Positions 1-10,068 of a stretch of 64,000 nt of DNA are shown piece by piece (positions within the stretch are counted from its first letter, which is position 1; each line of letters starts with the position of its first letter). A model generated the notes under the pieces. The model saw nothing but the letters and a program-made list of their open reading frames with translations, searched no databases and had not been told where the DNA came from. The DNA is from Nitrospirota bacterium (GTDB taxonomy: Bacteria > Nitrospirota > UBA9217): NCBI GenBank assembly GCA_963845065.1, contig CAWJQQ010000006.1:192001-256000 (forward strand). The letters run 5' to 3'. The translations under genes and the position numbers were made by a program.

Positions 1-2
1 GC

Positions 3-389
3 ATTTGCCTCGGTCTTCAGCTGCTTTTTACGGAAAGCGAGGAATTTGGAATCTCTAAGGGCCTAGACATTATAAAAGGCCGCGTCATCCGGTTCAAGGG
101 ACCTGAATTCAGCAATCTCAAGATCCCGCATATGGGATGGAATTCCATCTCAATCAGGCGCCGTGCGCCTTCGCTTCAAGACGTGCCTGACGGCAGCTAC
201 GTTTATTTCGTTCACTCGTTCCACGCAGTGCCAGATGATAAAAGCGTTATAGCGACAACAACTCCCTATGGTTTTGAGTTCGTATCGAGCATCTGGGAGA
301 ACAACGTCTTTGCTGTCCAGTTCCACCCTGAGAAGAGCCAGGCTTTGGGACTTTCGATTTTGAAACGTTTCGGAGAACAGAAGGGATAA
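3..389 (+). CDS. hisH: Imidazole glycerol phosphate synthase glutamine amidotransferase subunit (5' truncated by window edge)
   Basis: Frame from position 3 reads ICLGLQLLF...IPHMGWN...YFVHSF...QFHPEKS; directly upstream of hisA and hisF. Confidence 0.97.
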   Translation: MCLGLQLLFTESEEFGISKGLDIIKGRVIRFKGPEFSNLKIPHMGWNSISIRRRAPSLQDVPDGSYVYFVHSFHAVPDDKSVIATTTPYGFEFVSSIWENNVFAVQFHPEKSQALGLSILKRFGEQKG

Positions 390-495
390 AACACGAACTG
401 GAGAAGCGGGGAAGGGGTGAATCCGAGCGTAAGATCGTATGTATAATACTCTGGTTCCCCGTTTCGCCGTTACGACGAGGTCATATCTTAAAGCC

Positions 496-1242
496 ATGCT
501 TATTATTCCTGCTATCGATCTTAAAGAAGGCAAATGCGTCCGCCTCGAACAGGGACTCATGGACAAAGCCACGGTTTATTCCGATGATCCCGCAACCACA
601 GCAAAACATTGGGAGTCCCAGGGGGCCGAACTCCTGCACGTTGTTGATTTAAATGGAGCTTTTGTGGGTGCACCTGTGAACCTCGATGCTATCAAAGCCA
701 TTCGTACTGCTATTAAAATACCGATCGAGGTTGGCGGCGGCATCCGCGAAATAGACACAATCGCACGTCTGGTCTCCATTGGCATCAACCGCATCATTCT
801 CGGTACGTCTGCCATAGAGAACCCGACATTTGTTCAGGAAGCCTGCGCGAAATTTCCAGGAAAGATTATAGTGGGAATCGATGCCAAGGACGGCATGGTC
901 GCGATCAGAGGTTGGGCAGAAGTGACCAAAGTAAGGGCAATCGATCTAGCGATACAGATGCAGGATTATGGCGTTATCTCCATCATCTACACGGACATCA
1001 AGCGAGATGGCATGCTCTCCGGCCCGAACATTGAAGCTACCAAGATGCTCGCCGATGCGCTCCACATACCAGTCATAGCCTCTGGCGGTGTCCATACGAT
1101 GAAAGATATCGAAAATCTTCTCACGGTGCGTTACTCCGGTGTGAGCGGCGTGATTACTGGAAAGGCGATCTATAGCGGATCTCTTAATCTGAAAGAAGCG
1201 ATCACATTTATCAAAATGAATGACAACCGGTGTGTGAGATAG
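496..1242 (+). CDS. hisA: ProFAR isomerase
   Basis: [37 protein letters not shown] motifs; start moved to ATG 496 to match the family N-terminus. Confidence 0.97.
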   Translation: MLIIPAIDLKEGKCVRLEQGLMDKATVYSDDPATTAKHWESQGAELLHVVDLNGAFVGAPVNLDAIKAIRTAIKIPIEVGGGIREIDTIARLVSIGINRIILGTSAIENPTFVQEACAKFPGKIIVGIDAKDGMVAIRGWAEVTKVRAIDLAIQMQDYGVISIIYTDIKRDGMLSGPNIEATKMLADALHIPVIASGGVHTMKDIENLLTVRYSGVSGVITGKAIYSGSLNLKEAITFIKMNDNRCVR

Positions 1243-1339
1243 CTGTAATATCCCTCGTTGCTTTCTCGCGTTTACCGTTTGTATGCCTATAGGCTTGTCG
1301 GCCGGTCAGCCTGCAGGTTTGAGGAAAAATACCGAAATA

Positions 1340-2179
1340 ATGTTAACCAAACGAATCATCCCCTGTCTCGATGTTAAAGGTGGCCGCGTTGTGAAGGGCG
1401 TAAGCTTCGTGAACCTGCGTGATGCAGGGGACCCCGTGGAAATCGCAAAAGCATATGATGAGCAGGGCGCGGACGAGCTAACGTTTCTTGACATCACTGC
1501 CTCGCACGAAGAACGCGGAATCATATTAGACGTAGTTAGACGGACGGCCGAACAGGTCTTCATGCCGCTCACCGTGGGTGGCGGCATCAAAGTGCTCGAT
1601 GACATCCGGAATCTTTTGCTCGCCGGCGCAGACAAGGTTTCAATAAACACGACTGCGGTTCATGATCCTGCATTTATTAAATCCGCGTCCCTGCGCTTCG
1701 GAAGCCAATGCATCGTCGTGGCAATTGACGCAAAACGGGTCGTAGCACATGGCAAGGATTTCAAGCCTCCGCTTATATGGTCTGCCGATCTCAAATACGC
1801 ATCACTCTTCCTTAAGCCGGGACAGACAACTGGTTGGGAAGTGTACACCCATGGCGGTAGAAATCCCATGGGCATTGATGCTGTTGCTTGGGCGAAAAAA
1901 ATGGAGGAGTACGGCGCAGGTGAGATACTACTCACTAGCATGAACCAAGACGGCCAGAAGACCGGCTACGATCTTGATCTGACACAGGCTGTTGCCGAGG
2001 CGGTCACGCTCCCGGTCATTGCCTCGGGCGGTGTGGGAAATCTCGAGCATATCTTTGAAGGATTTACCAAGGGCAAAGCCGATGCCGCCCTAGCTGCTTC
2101 GATCTTTCATTTTAAGGAATATACAATCAGACAGGCAAAGGAATATTTGAAAGAGCGGGGTGTACCGGTAAGGCTGTGA
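1340..2179 (+). CDS. hisF: Imidazole glycerol phosphate synthase cyclase subunit
   Basis: [37 protein letters not shown] motifs; ATG 1340; long loop insertion after DAKR. Confidence 0.97.
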   Translation: MLTKRIIPCLDVKGGRVVKGVSFVNLRDAGDPVEIAKAYDEQGADELTFLDITASHEERGIILDVVRRTAEQVFMPLTVGGGIKVLDDIRNLLLAGADKVSINTTAVHDPAFIKSASLRFGSQCIVVAIDAKRVVAHGKDFKPPLIWSADLKYASLFLKPGQTTGWEVYTHGGRNPMGIDAVAWAKKMEEYGAGEILLTSMNQDGQKTGYDLDLTQAVAEAVTLPVIASGGVGNLEHIFEGFTKGKADAALAASIFHFKEYTIRQAKEYLKERGVPVRL

Positions 2180-2221
2180 AGAAAATATTTTCGTTACATT
2201 CAATTGAACCATTTATATTAT

Positions 2222-2247
2222 AGGCGGGATGAAGTCTCATCCCGCCT
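2222..2247. terminator. Probable bidirectional terminator hairpin between convergent hisF and DUF438 genes
   Basis: Perfect 11-bp inverted repeat AGGCGGGATGA-AGTC-TCATCCCGCCT in an AT-rich context. Confidence 0.7.
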
Positions 2248-2253
2248 TATTCG

Positions 2254-3675
2254 CTATTCCCAGTCCAGCAATCGTTTGTTCCCTGCAAGCTTCTGGATGT
2301 GTGTTATATCCTGGGAAACCTCAAGACAGCCACGGTACGTTCCCGCCTGGTCGCGCACGGCAAAGTAGCGGATATGGATTACCTTGCCCTGCATCTGGAT
2401 CCAGAACTCTGCAACATCCTTTGTTCCTGCCTTGAATGACGACAATATCTTTTCCACCATATCTACACTTTTTGGCGGATGGCAGTTCTGAACCTTTCTG
2501 CCAATGACGCCGGGGCTTCGCGGGAATAGACGATCCGGAGTGGCCGAGTAATAAACGACCTCGTCGTTCTCATTCACATAGGAAATATCGATCGGCAGAT
2601 GCGTTAGCATCAAATTTACCTGGTCTGCAGTGAGCAGGCCGGTGTCGAGATTCAGGCTGCCGATCTTGTCGGCAATATGCGTCTGCTGAAACGATTCCGC
2701 GGACGGTTTCCATTGGGCTGCTGGGTTGATCCAGGCAAAGCCGATCTCCTCCTCTCCTTTTCTGACCTTTGCCCATTCGTCCTCCGAGAGTGTTTCGAGA
2801 GCCATAGGAAACAAAATATGCTCTTCCTTATAGACCATGTCGTTGATCATCTTGGCCAAGGACTCGATCGCCACTTTCTCCATCTTGCCATCCTTCACGC
2901 GTTTGCGTACGTCCTTGAGGAAGCCTCGTATATCATCATGGAGCGCCCACATGACTTTCGATGGCCCTGAAACGCCTTTCGTCTCAAAGATCGGGAAAAG
3001 CTGGTTTTCTTTACGGAGATAGTGTTTGTCGATCTGGGCAAGGCGGTCGAGGATGCTGATGAGCTTGTCTTTGTCCTTTATATAATCGGTGATGGCCTCT
3101 GCCTCTTTCAAGATATCCTCCGCAACTCGGTTCTCGAGCATCAGCGTATGGACCGGGTGTCCTGCAGGAAGACCCGGGACGGTCTTCTGCTCCAGCGCTT
3201 CCTTGAAGACCTGCACATGTACATCACAAAGGCTTTTAATCTCTGCTTCAGGCATACCTTCGGCAATGAGCTGCTGTTCCATCTGTGCAATTTCCCAAGG
3301 CGCAACGTCCTTGATCAGTTCCTCGAACTTCCTCTTCTGGGTTTCTATGTCCTTACCCGCATGCAGCTCTTTGATAATATTTTTAAGCGTATCGATCCGC
3401 AATTCCTGTTCATCAGGACCGCTTTCTGCATAAGACACGCTGACTGATTCGCCGGTTTTCTTCTTGATTTCAACTGCTATATCGTCAAGTAATTTTTTTA
3501 CGTCCCTCCCCCCGATCATTGCGACTTTGCCGAGTGACGCTATACGGCCCACGGTCTTACGCTTGAACGGATCGTCGAGGATCTTGAATTCAGAATTCAG
3601 GGTGATCAGAAAATCTTTGAGAAAAGGATAATGTGCTAAGATATCATTTACCTTCGTCTTCGAGCTCAGTTCCAT
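2254..3675 (-). CDS. DUF438 family protein (DUF1858 + DUF438 + hemerythrin-like + PAS_10 domains)
   Basis: LCDVH, GHPVHTLMLEN, HYLRKENQLFP, MWALHDDIR, KEEHILFP and C-terminal NCHPPKS PAS domain; SD GAGGAGG. Confidence 0.9.
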   Translation of the reverse strand: MELSSKTKVNDILAHYPFLKDFLITLNSEFKILDDPFKRKTVGRIASLGKVAMIGGRDVKKLLDDIAVEIKKKTGESVSVSYAESGPDEQELRIDTLKNIIKELHAGKDIETQKRKFEELIKDVAPWEIAQMEQQLIAEGMPEAEIKSLCDVHVQVFKEALEQKTVPGLPAGHPVHTLMLENRVAEDILKEAEAITDYIKDKDKLISILDRLAQIDKHYLRKENQLFPIFETKGVSGPSKVMWALHDDIRGFLKDVRKRVKDGKMEKVAIESLAKMINDMVYKEEHILFPMALETLSEDEWAKVRKGEEEIGFAWINPAAQWKPSAESFQQTHIADKIGSLNLDTGLLTADQVNLMLTHLPIDISYVNENDEVVYYSATPDRLFPRSPGVIGRKVQNCHPPKSVDMVEKILSSFKAGTKDVAEFWIQMQGKVIHIRYFAVRDQAGTYRGCLEVSQDITHIQKLAGNKRLLDWE

Positions 3676-3701
3676 GTTTCCCTCCTCGTTATATTATGCC
3701 G

Positions 3702-3743
3702 ATTATAGCTTATTTTTGTGCGGACACGTATGATTTAGGTCAT
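3702..3743 (-). promoter_or_regulatory. Crp/Fnr-family box plus TATAAT (class II activated promoter) for the DUF438 gene
   Basis: Minus strand ATGAC-CTAA-ATCAT (3743-3730) is centred at -41.5 relative to the +1 implied by a perfect TATAAT (3707-3702); no consensus -35. Confidence 0.65.
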
Positions 3744-3761
3744 GACAACCGGTTTTTACAC

Positions 3762-3844
3762 AAAAAAAGAGCCGAGTAACTGCTCGCTTAAAAAAGCCCC
3801 TGGCTCGTTTCAATGGATTATAAATTCAGTTAAAGTGCCAGGGG
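3762..3844 (-). terminator. Tandem intrinsic terminators downstream of the ABC cluster
   Basis: CCCCTGGC...GCCAGGGG stem followed by U6, then an AGCGAG/CTCGGCT hairpin followed by U7. Confidence 0.65.
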
Positions 3845-4014
3845 TTCATGGTTCCGCTTTTCGAAGGTCTATGATAGCATTCGCAAATCCATCCGCTACG
3901 CTTCATGAAATATTATGGCTGGTTGCTAAATTATCATAATGCTGTCATTGATCTCCAGAAAATATTCACATTGGATTCAGTGAGTTCGGAGCATAAAAAA
4001 AACGAACACATCCC

Positions 4015-5025
4015 CTAGAGAGGAAAATGACAGGCAACCTGGTGGGCTTCGCCGATGTCCTTGAGCAGGGGCTCGTTGGCAGGGTCCGTGCAGACAAAAG
4101 GCTTGCCCTTGGACTCATATACGGGACAGCGCGGTGCGAATCGGCAGCCTTCGGTCGGCCGCTCGAAATCGAACACGCCCCACCGCCCTGCTTGAAAGCT
4201 CTTGGCCTTTTGGGAGACTTCACTACTTTGCTTTTCCACAAGTGAGGACCAGAGAATATGAGTGTATGGATGGCGCGGTTTGTGTGCAATGCGACTCGCA
4301 AGCCCAAACTCCACAATCTTGCCGAGGTACATCACGGCCACTTTGTGGCTGACTAACTCTACCACTCGAAGATCGTGGGAGATGAAGAGAAAGGAAAAGC
4401 CCAGATTTTTCTGAAGGTCCCGGAGGAGGTTTAGTACCTGCGCCTGGATTGAAACGTCGAGGGCGCTAGTAGGTTCATCGGCAACGATGAACCGCGCACC
4501 GACGGAAAGAACACGTGCAATGCCGACACGCCGCTTTTCACCGCCTGAGAGCTCATGCGGGAAATTGCTGAGTTTTGTCGTTTTGAGGTTAACCTGCTCA
4601 AGCAAACTGGTGATTCGTTTTTTCACTTCAACTTCGCTCAGCTGGTGATGGACCGTGATCGCTTCCTTCAAAATATCTCGAATGCGCATCTTGGGATTGA
4701 GCGCCGCGTCGAGATCTTGAAAGATCATCTGCATCTGTCCCCGGAGACGGCGAAGCTCTCCGGTTGGGACACTCGTGATATCCCTGCCTTCGAAGACTAT
4801 CCTACCTGAGGTGGGCTTTTCGAGACGAAGGATGGTCCGGCCGATCGTTGTCTTGCCGCACCCCGACTCGCCGACGAGGCCGACTGTCTCATTCTCCTGT
4901 AGGTAAAAACTCACCCCATCAACTGCAGGAATGAACTGTAGCTTCTCCTTGAAGGCGGAGAAGACCCCCTTGCTAAGGGCGAAGTACTTTTTGAGGTCTA
5001 TAACTTCGAGAATTGTTTTAGACAT
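4015..5025 (-). CDS. Oligopeptide/dipeptide ABC transporter ATP-binding protein (OppF/DppF-like)
   Basis: GESGCGKT Walker [23 protein letters not shown] and C-terminal Cys motif GCRFAPRC...VACH. Confidence 0.95.
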   Translation of the reverse strand: MSKTILEVIDLKKYFALSKGVFSAFKEKLQFIPAVDGVSFYLQENETVGLVGESGCGKTTIGRTILRLEKPTSGRIVFEGRDITSVPTGELRRLRGQMQMIFQDLDAALNPKMRIRDILKEAITVHHQLSEVEVKKRITSLLEQVNLKTTKLSNFPHELSGGEKRRVGIARVLSVGARFIVADEPTSALDVSIQAQVLNLLRDLQKNLGFSFLFISHDLRVVELVSHKVAVMYLGKIVEFGLASRIAHKPRHPYTHILWSSLVEKQSSEVSQKAKSFQAGRWGVFDFERPTEGCRFAPRCPVYESKGKPFVCTDPANEPLLKDIGEAHQVACHFPL

Positions 5026-5160
5026 AAGAGCTCATGATACGAAGGGAAACTCGGAAAAAATCCTTAATATAGGTTCGCAGTAAGGGTGTCGGCGCTCCTA
5101 TATTTAATTCTGCGACCTTTCGCCGTACCAACCAGTCACTGTGGTAATGATTCTCGCGTT

Positions 5161-6276
5161 TCATTCAAAATAAAGCCAGCACCTTACTTTATGCTCCGGC
5201 GCGATCTCGCGCAGATCCGGCTCCCGGTACTCACACTTGTTCTTGATCGTATCGGTCACACGGGTGCACCGCGCAAAAAATCGGCACCCTCTTGGGATAT
5301 TGATCGTATCGAGCACGTCCCCTTCGATGGCCTGAAGATACCCTTTCTCCTTAATATTCCGGACAGTCGGGATCGATGCAAGGAGTGCCGATGTATAGGG
5401 GTGTTGAGACTGGAGGGCTGTCGACAAAACATCCTTCGCGGGGCCGTATTCGATAACCGTGCCGCCGTACATTACGGCTACGCAGTCCGAGAGGCGGGAG
5501 ATGATGCTGATATCGTGGCTGATCAACATAATCGTCGTACCGAGTTCCGACTTAAGGTCTGCGAGAAGGTCCACAATCTTCGACTGTATCGTGGCATCGA
5601 GCCCGGTGGTCGGTTCATCAGCGATCAGGAGTGATGGCTCGCAGGCAAGCGCCATGGCGATCATAGTGCGCTGGCACATGCCACCCGAAAGGCCATAGGG
5701 ATAGTTATCATACCGGACCTGCGGCGAGTCGATCTTTACGCGGTCAAGCCAGTACAGCGACCGCTCCCGAGCTTCCTGATTATTTTTGACTGCAGTATGA
5801 AGCCGGATAACTTCAGAGATCTGCCTTCCTACAGTCATGAAGGGGTTAAGCGAAGACTTAGGGTTCTGGAATATCATCGCAATCTCTTTGCCACGCACCT
5901 TGCTCATCACACGCTCGGAATGCTGTTCCCATCCGACCACATCCTTGCTCACATCCATAATCATGCCTTCTCGCTTCTTTGCCATTACATAACCGCCCAG
6001 GTCCTCGAGAAAGTTTTTTTGGACTCGGCCGGTCGTAAACTCGATCTTGCCGCTGATCACGCCCGGACCGGCACTGATGAGCCCCATGACGGAGAGTGCC
6101 GTAATGCTTTTGCCGCTACCACTCTCGCCCACCACACCGAGCGTCTCGCCTGCTGCGATCTCAAGGCTCACGCCGTCCACGGAGCGGATGAACGCCTTTT
6201 TGCTTTGCGAGTAGAAGTAGGTACGGAGTTCCTCGATTTTGAGAAGTGGAGCAGCAGTCGTCATGTGTCCAGTCAT
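5161..6276 (-). CDS. Oligopeptide/dipeptide ABC transporter ATP-binding protein (OppD/DppD-like)
   Basis: GESGSGKS, RGKEIAMIFQ, LSGGMCQR, IADEPTTGLD, HPYT, GCRFFARC; overlaps the permease stop by 4 nt. Confidence 0.95.
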   Translation of the reverse strand: MTGHMTTAAPLLKIEELRTYFYSQSKKAFIRSVDGVSLEIAAGETLGVVGESGSGKSITALSVMGLISAGPGVISGKIEFTTGRVQKNFLEDLGGYVMAKKREGMIMDVSKDVVGWEQHSERVMSKVRGKEIAMIFQNPKSSLNPFMTVGRQISEVIRLHTAVKNNQEARERSLYWLDRVKIDSPQVRYDNYPYGLSGGMCQRTMIAMALACEPSLLIADEPTTGLDATIQSKIVDLLADLKSELGTTIMLISHDISIISRLSDCVAVMYGGTVIEYGPAKDVLSTALQSQHPYTSALLASIPTVRNIKEKGYLQAIEGDVLDTINIPRGCRFFARCTRVTDTIKNKCEYREPDLREIAPEHKVRCWLYFE

Positions 6277-7205
6277 TTGACTTTCCGGCCCTCAAGTATG
6301 TTGTTCAGCCCATCGCCGAGCAGATGGAAGCCGAGGATTGTAAAAAGAATCGCGAGCGCAGGAGCCGTCGAGGGCCAAAACTGACCCTGCATGAAATAGT
6401 TGGCGCCCGCCTGCACCATGTTGCCCCAAGACGGTGTGGGCTCCTGCACACCGAAGCCGAGATAACTAAGGCTAGTCTCCATCAATATGGCCTCTGCCAT
6501 GCCAAGCGTTGCCTGAATAATGAGAAGAGAGCGGCAGTTGTGCCACAAGATGTGCTGCAAAATAATCGTCCTTGTCGGCAGACCCATAGCGATGTCCGCC
6601 TCAATAAAGTTTTTCTGTTTCAAGAAGAGGATCTTGCCCTTGACGAGTGATGTAACGACCGGCACGTTCGTCAGCCCCACAACAAGCATGATATAGTAGA
6701 TGTCCGGCTTGAACGCCGCGATCACGAGCAGTATGAGCACGAGGCGTGGGAAGGAGTCTACGAGGTTGGTGATATACGTAATGGCTGTGTCGAATTTTTT
6801 ACCGCGATAGCCTGCGAGTACTCCGAACAGTGTGCCTAACAGAAGCGCAACGCATACCGCGAGAAGTCCTGGTAGGAAATAGGCTTGAATGCCTACGATA
6901 AGACGCGATAGTATATCCCGACCCATAAAATCCGTGCCGAGCGGGTGTCCAGTAGTACCGGGAGCTGCCATCATGAGTTCGAGATCAATGCTCTGCGGGT
7001 CGTGCGGTAAAAGTTTGAACGAACCAAGGAGGTAGGATATAACGACAAGTATGACGATGAGAAGGCCGTAGCCCACGTACACGAGGTCGACGGCATCAAC
7101 TTTTTTCCAAAACGGTGGATCAGAAAGCTCACCAATCTCGCCGGATATCTGGGTGTAGGTTTTCATAATATTCAGGGGTCTGGAGCCAAGGGTCCGAAGA
7201 TTCAA
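6273..7205 (-). CDS. Peptide ABC transporter permease (OppC/DppC-like); start may be ATG 7166
   Basis: HPLGTDFMGRDILSR, EAA-loop variant FIEADIAMG, LSYLGFGVQEPTPSWG. Confidence 0.93.
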   Translation of the reverse strand: MNLRTLGSRPLNIMKTYTQISGEIGELSDPPFWKKVDAVDLVYVGYGLLIVILVVISYLLGSFKLLPHDPQSIDLELMMAAPGTTGHPLGTDFMGRDILSRLIVGIQAYFLPGLLAVCVALLLGTLFGVLAGYRGKKFDTAITYITNLVDSFPRLVLILLVIAAFKPDIYYIMLVVGLTNVPVVTSLVKGKILFLKQKNFIEADIAMGLPTRTIILQHILWHNCRSLLIIQATLGMAEAILMETSLSYLGFGVQEPTPSWGNMVQAGANYFMQGQFWPSTAPALAILFTILGFHLLGDGLNNILEGRKVK

Positions 7206-7268
7206 GTTTCTACCAGTGAAATGTTCACCTGAAGTAAACGCTTAAACCCTGGCGACCAGCCCCGGATC

Positions 7269-8234
7269 CTACTCCTTCGATGCTCTCGGATTCGTCACCA
7301 CGTACACCAGGGTCTGGAACAGGCTGCCCATGCGTACGAGTACCGCGGCCAAAATCGCGATTCCCATGATCACCGGGTAATCGCGGTCTTGCGCTGCCTG
7401 CCAGGCCATCCTTCCCATTCCAGGCCAGTTAAACACCTGCTCCACGATCACGGCACCGCCCAGGATGAAAGGAATTTTAGCCGCAATCATCTCGGTCACC
7501 GGGATAAGCATGCCTTCCTTAAAGGCATGCCTCCAGACCGACGCGCCCTTAGCCCTCGCCGTACGGATGTAGTCTTCGGCCATCACCCTCTCCATTTCCT
7601 GACGCAGGAAGCGAATCACCTCGCTGATCGTTCCGTTCCCCACGCCAAGCACGAAGATCGGCAGCAGCATATAGAGCCAGCGGAATTTCTGTCCCACACT
7701 TGAAAACCCGAAAGCAAGCGGAAACAAGCCAAGCTTATGCGTAAAGAAGTAGATGACGATGTAGCCGAGCCAGAACACCGGCAAGGCCGAGATCACGTAG
7801 GAGAATATGGTGAGTGGCCACGAAATTGTATTGATGCCGCGAACCGCGGAGTAGAGCGCTATAGGCACGGCAATAAGGAGCGTAATGATGAGAGAGCCAA
7901 TGGTAAGCAGAAAAGTATTTAGCCCAACGCGCAGGATCTCTGATAGTACCGGCATGCCGGTGCGGATAGAAGTGCCGAAGTTTCCAGTGAGCATACCTGC
8001 TAGCCAGGACAGGTACTGAGCACACCATCCCTTTGGGACACCAAGCGTCTGGCGCACACCCTCTCGGACTTCCGATGTGGTTGTCTGACCTTCGAGCAGA
8101 ACGCTAAACGGGTCGCCGGGCGACAAATAAAGAAGGATAAACACGACGAAGCTCACGCCAAGGAGCAAGAGCGCCGTGATGCCCAGCTCCTTTGACAGGA
8201 CCAAGGCTATAGGCCGGAAGGCTGATAATTTCAT
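7269..8234 (-). CDS. Peptide ABC transporter permease (OppB/DppB-like)
   Basis: PGDP, GNFGTS, DYIRTARAKG, VEQVFNWPGMG, RDYPVIMG. Confidence 0.95.
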   Translation of the reverse strand: MKLSAFRPIALVLSKELGITALLLLGVSFVVFILLYLSPGDPFSVLLEGQTTTSEVREGVRQTLGVPKGWCAQYLSWLAGMLTGNFGTSIRTGMPVLSEILRVGLNTFLLTIGSLIITLLIAVPIALYSAVRGINTISWPLTIFSYVISALPVFWLGYIVIYFFTHKLGLFPLAFGFSSVGQKFRWLYMLLPIFVLGVGNGTISEVIRFLRQEMERVMAEDYIRTARAKGASVWRHAFKEGMLIPVTEMIAAKIPFILGGAVIVEQVFNWPGMGRMAWQAAQDRDYPVIMGIAILAAVLVRMGSLFQTLVYVVTNPRASKE

Positions 8235-8386
8235 ATTTAAATAAAAAAATTTGCCCCAATGGTCTCAAAGGTCACCAGGTTAGATCTTTTAGTGATTTTG
8301 TCTCCAAGTCTCGGTGATCTCTGCGGCTGTGAAATCCTTTAAGATTCGGTCTCGCTAACTCTGTACTCCGAATTTAAAACTTTTTA

Positions 8387-10003
8387 CTATTTTTGATTTT
8401 TCTCATCCATGAACCAATCATCAGCATACGAGAAGAACTTATAGGGATGAATGGCGACGTGCCTGATTTTCTTCTGATATGCCGTATAGTTCGTAAGAGT
8501 CCAGAGGAAGGTATAGGGATTCTCATCGGCCAGTATCGCGTGGAGCTTCCGGTTGATGGTCCTACGTTTTTCATAGTCCAGCGTGAGCTTGCTCTCGTTT
8601 ATCAGTCCGTCCACTTCCGGGTTGGAATAGCCGCCGAAATTGTTCTTCCACGGACCGATCTCGCCGGAGTGAAAGAGAGACGAGATATCCGCTGAGTCGT
8701 CGAACACCCAGGACGCGAACATGATGTCAAAGTCGTGTTCCAGGAATACATCCTCCTTCCAAGCCTGCCATTCCTCAAATTCCACTTTGATGTCCACGCC
8801 GATGTTCTTAAGATAGTTCGTGAACGCGAGCACCACGCGCTTCACGGCCTCACTCTCCTTCTCAATTGGGACCTTAAGCGACAGCGACAGTCTTTTACCA
8901 TCCTTCTCCATGATTCCATCGGCGCCGCGGCTGAAACCTGCTTCCCGGAGCAGAGCCTTCGCTTTCTCGGGATCAAAGGGAAGAGGCTGCACGTCGAGGT
9001 TGTAGGCCCAACTCCCAGGCGCGAAAGGGCCGGAAATGATGGTCCCCTGGCCGTTAAAGAATGAATCGAGCATCTCCTGCCGGTTCACGGCATAGGTGAA
9101 TGCTCTCCTTACGCGCTTGTCGGCCAAGAGCGGGTTCCGCACGTTGTAACCAAAGAACGAGTAGGACAGCGCGTTGTAAGGCTGCAGGATAAATCGCTTG
9201 TCACCCTGGATTTCGGGAATATCTCGCGGGTTGACGAGAACTATCATGTCGATCGCGTTGAACATGAGCGCCTGGGTCATGATATTCTGGTCGGCGAACG
9301 GCCTGGCAATGAGCGTATCAAGGTGCGGACGGCCTTTAAAGTATTTGTCGTTCGCTGTAAGGATGATCTCCCGCTCGGCCGTAACGTTTTTTAGCATATA
9401 CGGACCGGTGCCGATGGGGTTCTGGACAAAGGGATCGTCACGGGTCAGATAGTTAGGATTGCTCAGCCCATGCTGCGGGATGATCTTAAAACTGAACTTG
9501 GCCAGCGCGTTCAAGATCGGCCGCTTGAGAGTGAACTTGACGGTATAGTCGTCGACCTTTTCCACACTGTCAATGAACTCGTAACGCACCTTGAGCGGGG
9601 TAATGGTCTTGGGATTCATCATGACACTATAGGTGAAGATCACGTCGTCGGCCGTGAACGGCTTTGGCTCCTCGCCCTCTTTCGGATGCCATGTCACGTC
9701 CTTCCGAAGATAAAAAGTATAGGTACGCCCGTCCACGGAACGGTCCCACTTCTCCGCGAGTTCGGGAACGATCTCCTGCTTTTCATTGATTCCAACGAGC
9801 CCATTAAAGATAAGCTCAGACAAGCGCAGTGAAATCATCTCGTTGCTCGTAATCGGATCGAGGGTCGCCGGCCGGCCGTATTCGCCGTAGGCCAGGGTGC
9901 CGCCATCCGGCCGACTGTCCCTCTTGTGCTCTGCCTGGCCAACGGCCGCCGTTGCTACAACTACAATGACGATCTGAAGTAGAACCATCAGTATTCGTTT
10001 CAT
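8387..10003 (-). CDS. Peptide ABC transporter substrate-binding protein (SBP family 5)
   Basis: Signal peptide; LDP, PELAEKW, YTFYLRKDVTWH, FTADDVIFT, PIGTGPY, DKRVRRA. Confidence 0.95.
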   Translation of the reverse strand: MKRILMVLLQIVIVVVATAAVGQAEHKRDSRPDGGTLAYGEYGRPATLDPITSNEMISLRLSELIFNGLVGINEKQEIVPELAEKWDRSVDGRTYTFYLRKDVTWHPKEGEEPKPFTADDVIFTYSVMMNPKTITPLKVRYEFIDSVEKVDDYTVKFTLKRPILNALAKFSFKIIPQHGLSNPNYLTRDDPFVQNPIGTGPYMLKNVTAEREIILTANDKYFKGRPHLDTLIARPFADQNIMTQALMFNAIDMIVLVNPRDIPEIQGDKRFILQPYNALSYSFFGYNVRNPLLADKRVRRAFTYAVNRQEMLDSFFNGQGTIISGPFAPGSWAYNLDVQPLPFDPEKAKALLREAGFSRGADGIMEKDGKRLSLSLKVPIEKESEAVKRVVLAFTNYLKNIGVDIKVEFEEWQAWKEDVFLEHDFDIMFASWVFDDSADISSLFHSGEIGPWKNNFGGYSNPEVDGLINESKLTLDYEKRRTINRKLHAILADENPYTFLWTLTNYTAYQKKIRHVAIHPYKFFSYADDWFMDEKNQK

Positions 10004-10068
10004 AATTCCCTCCTCGATAGTATTTCGGATTGTGGAATGCGATTTGAAATCCGAAATCTATAATATGT

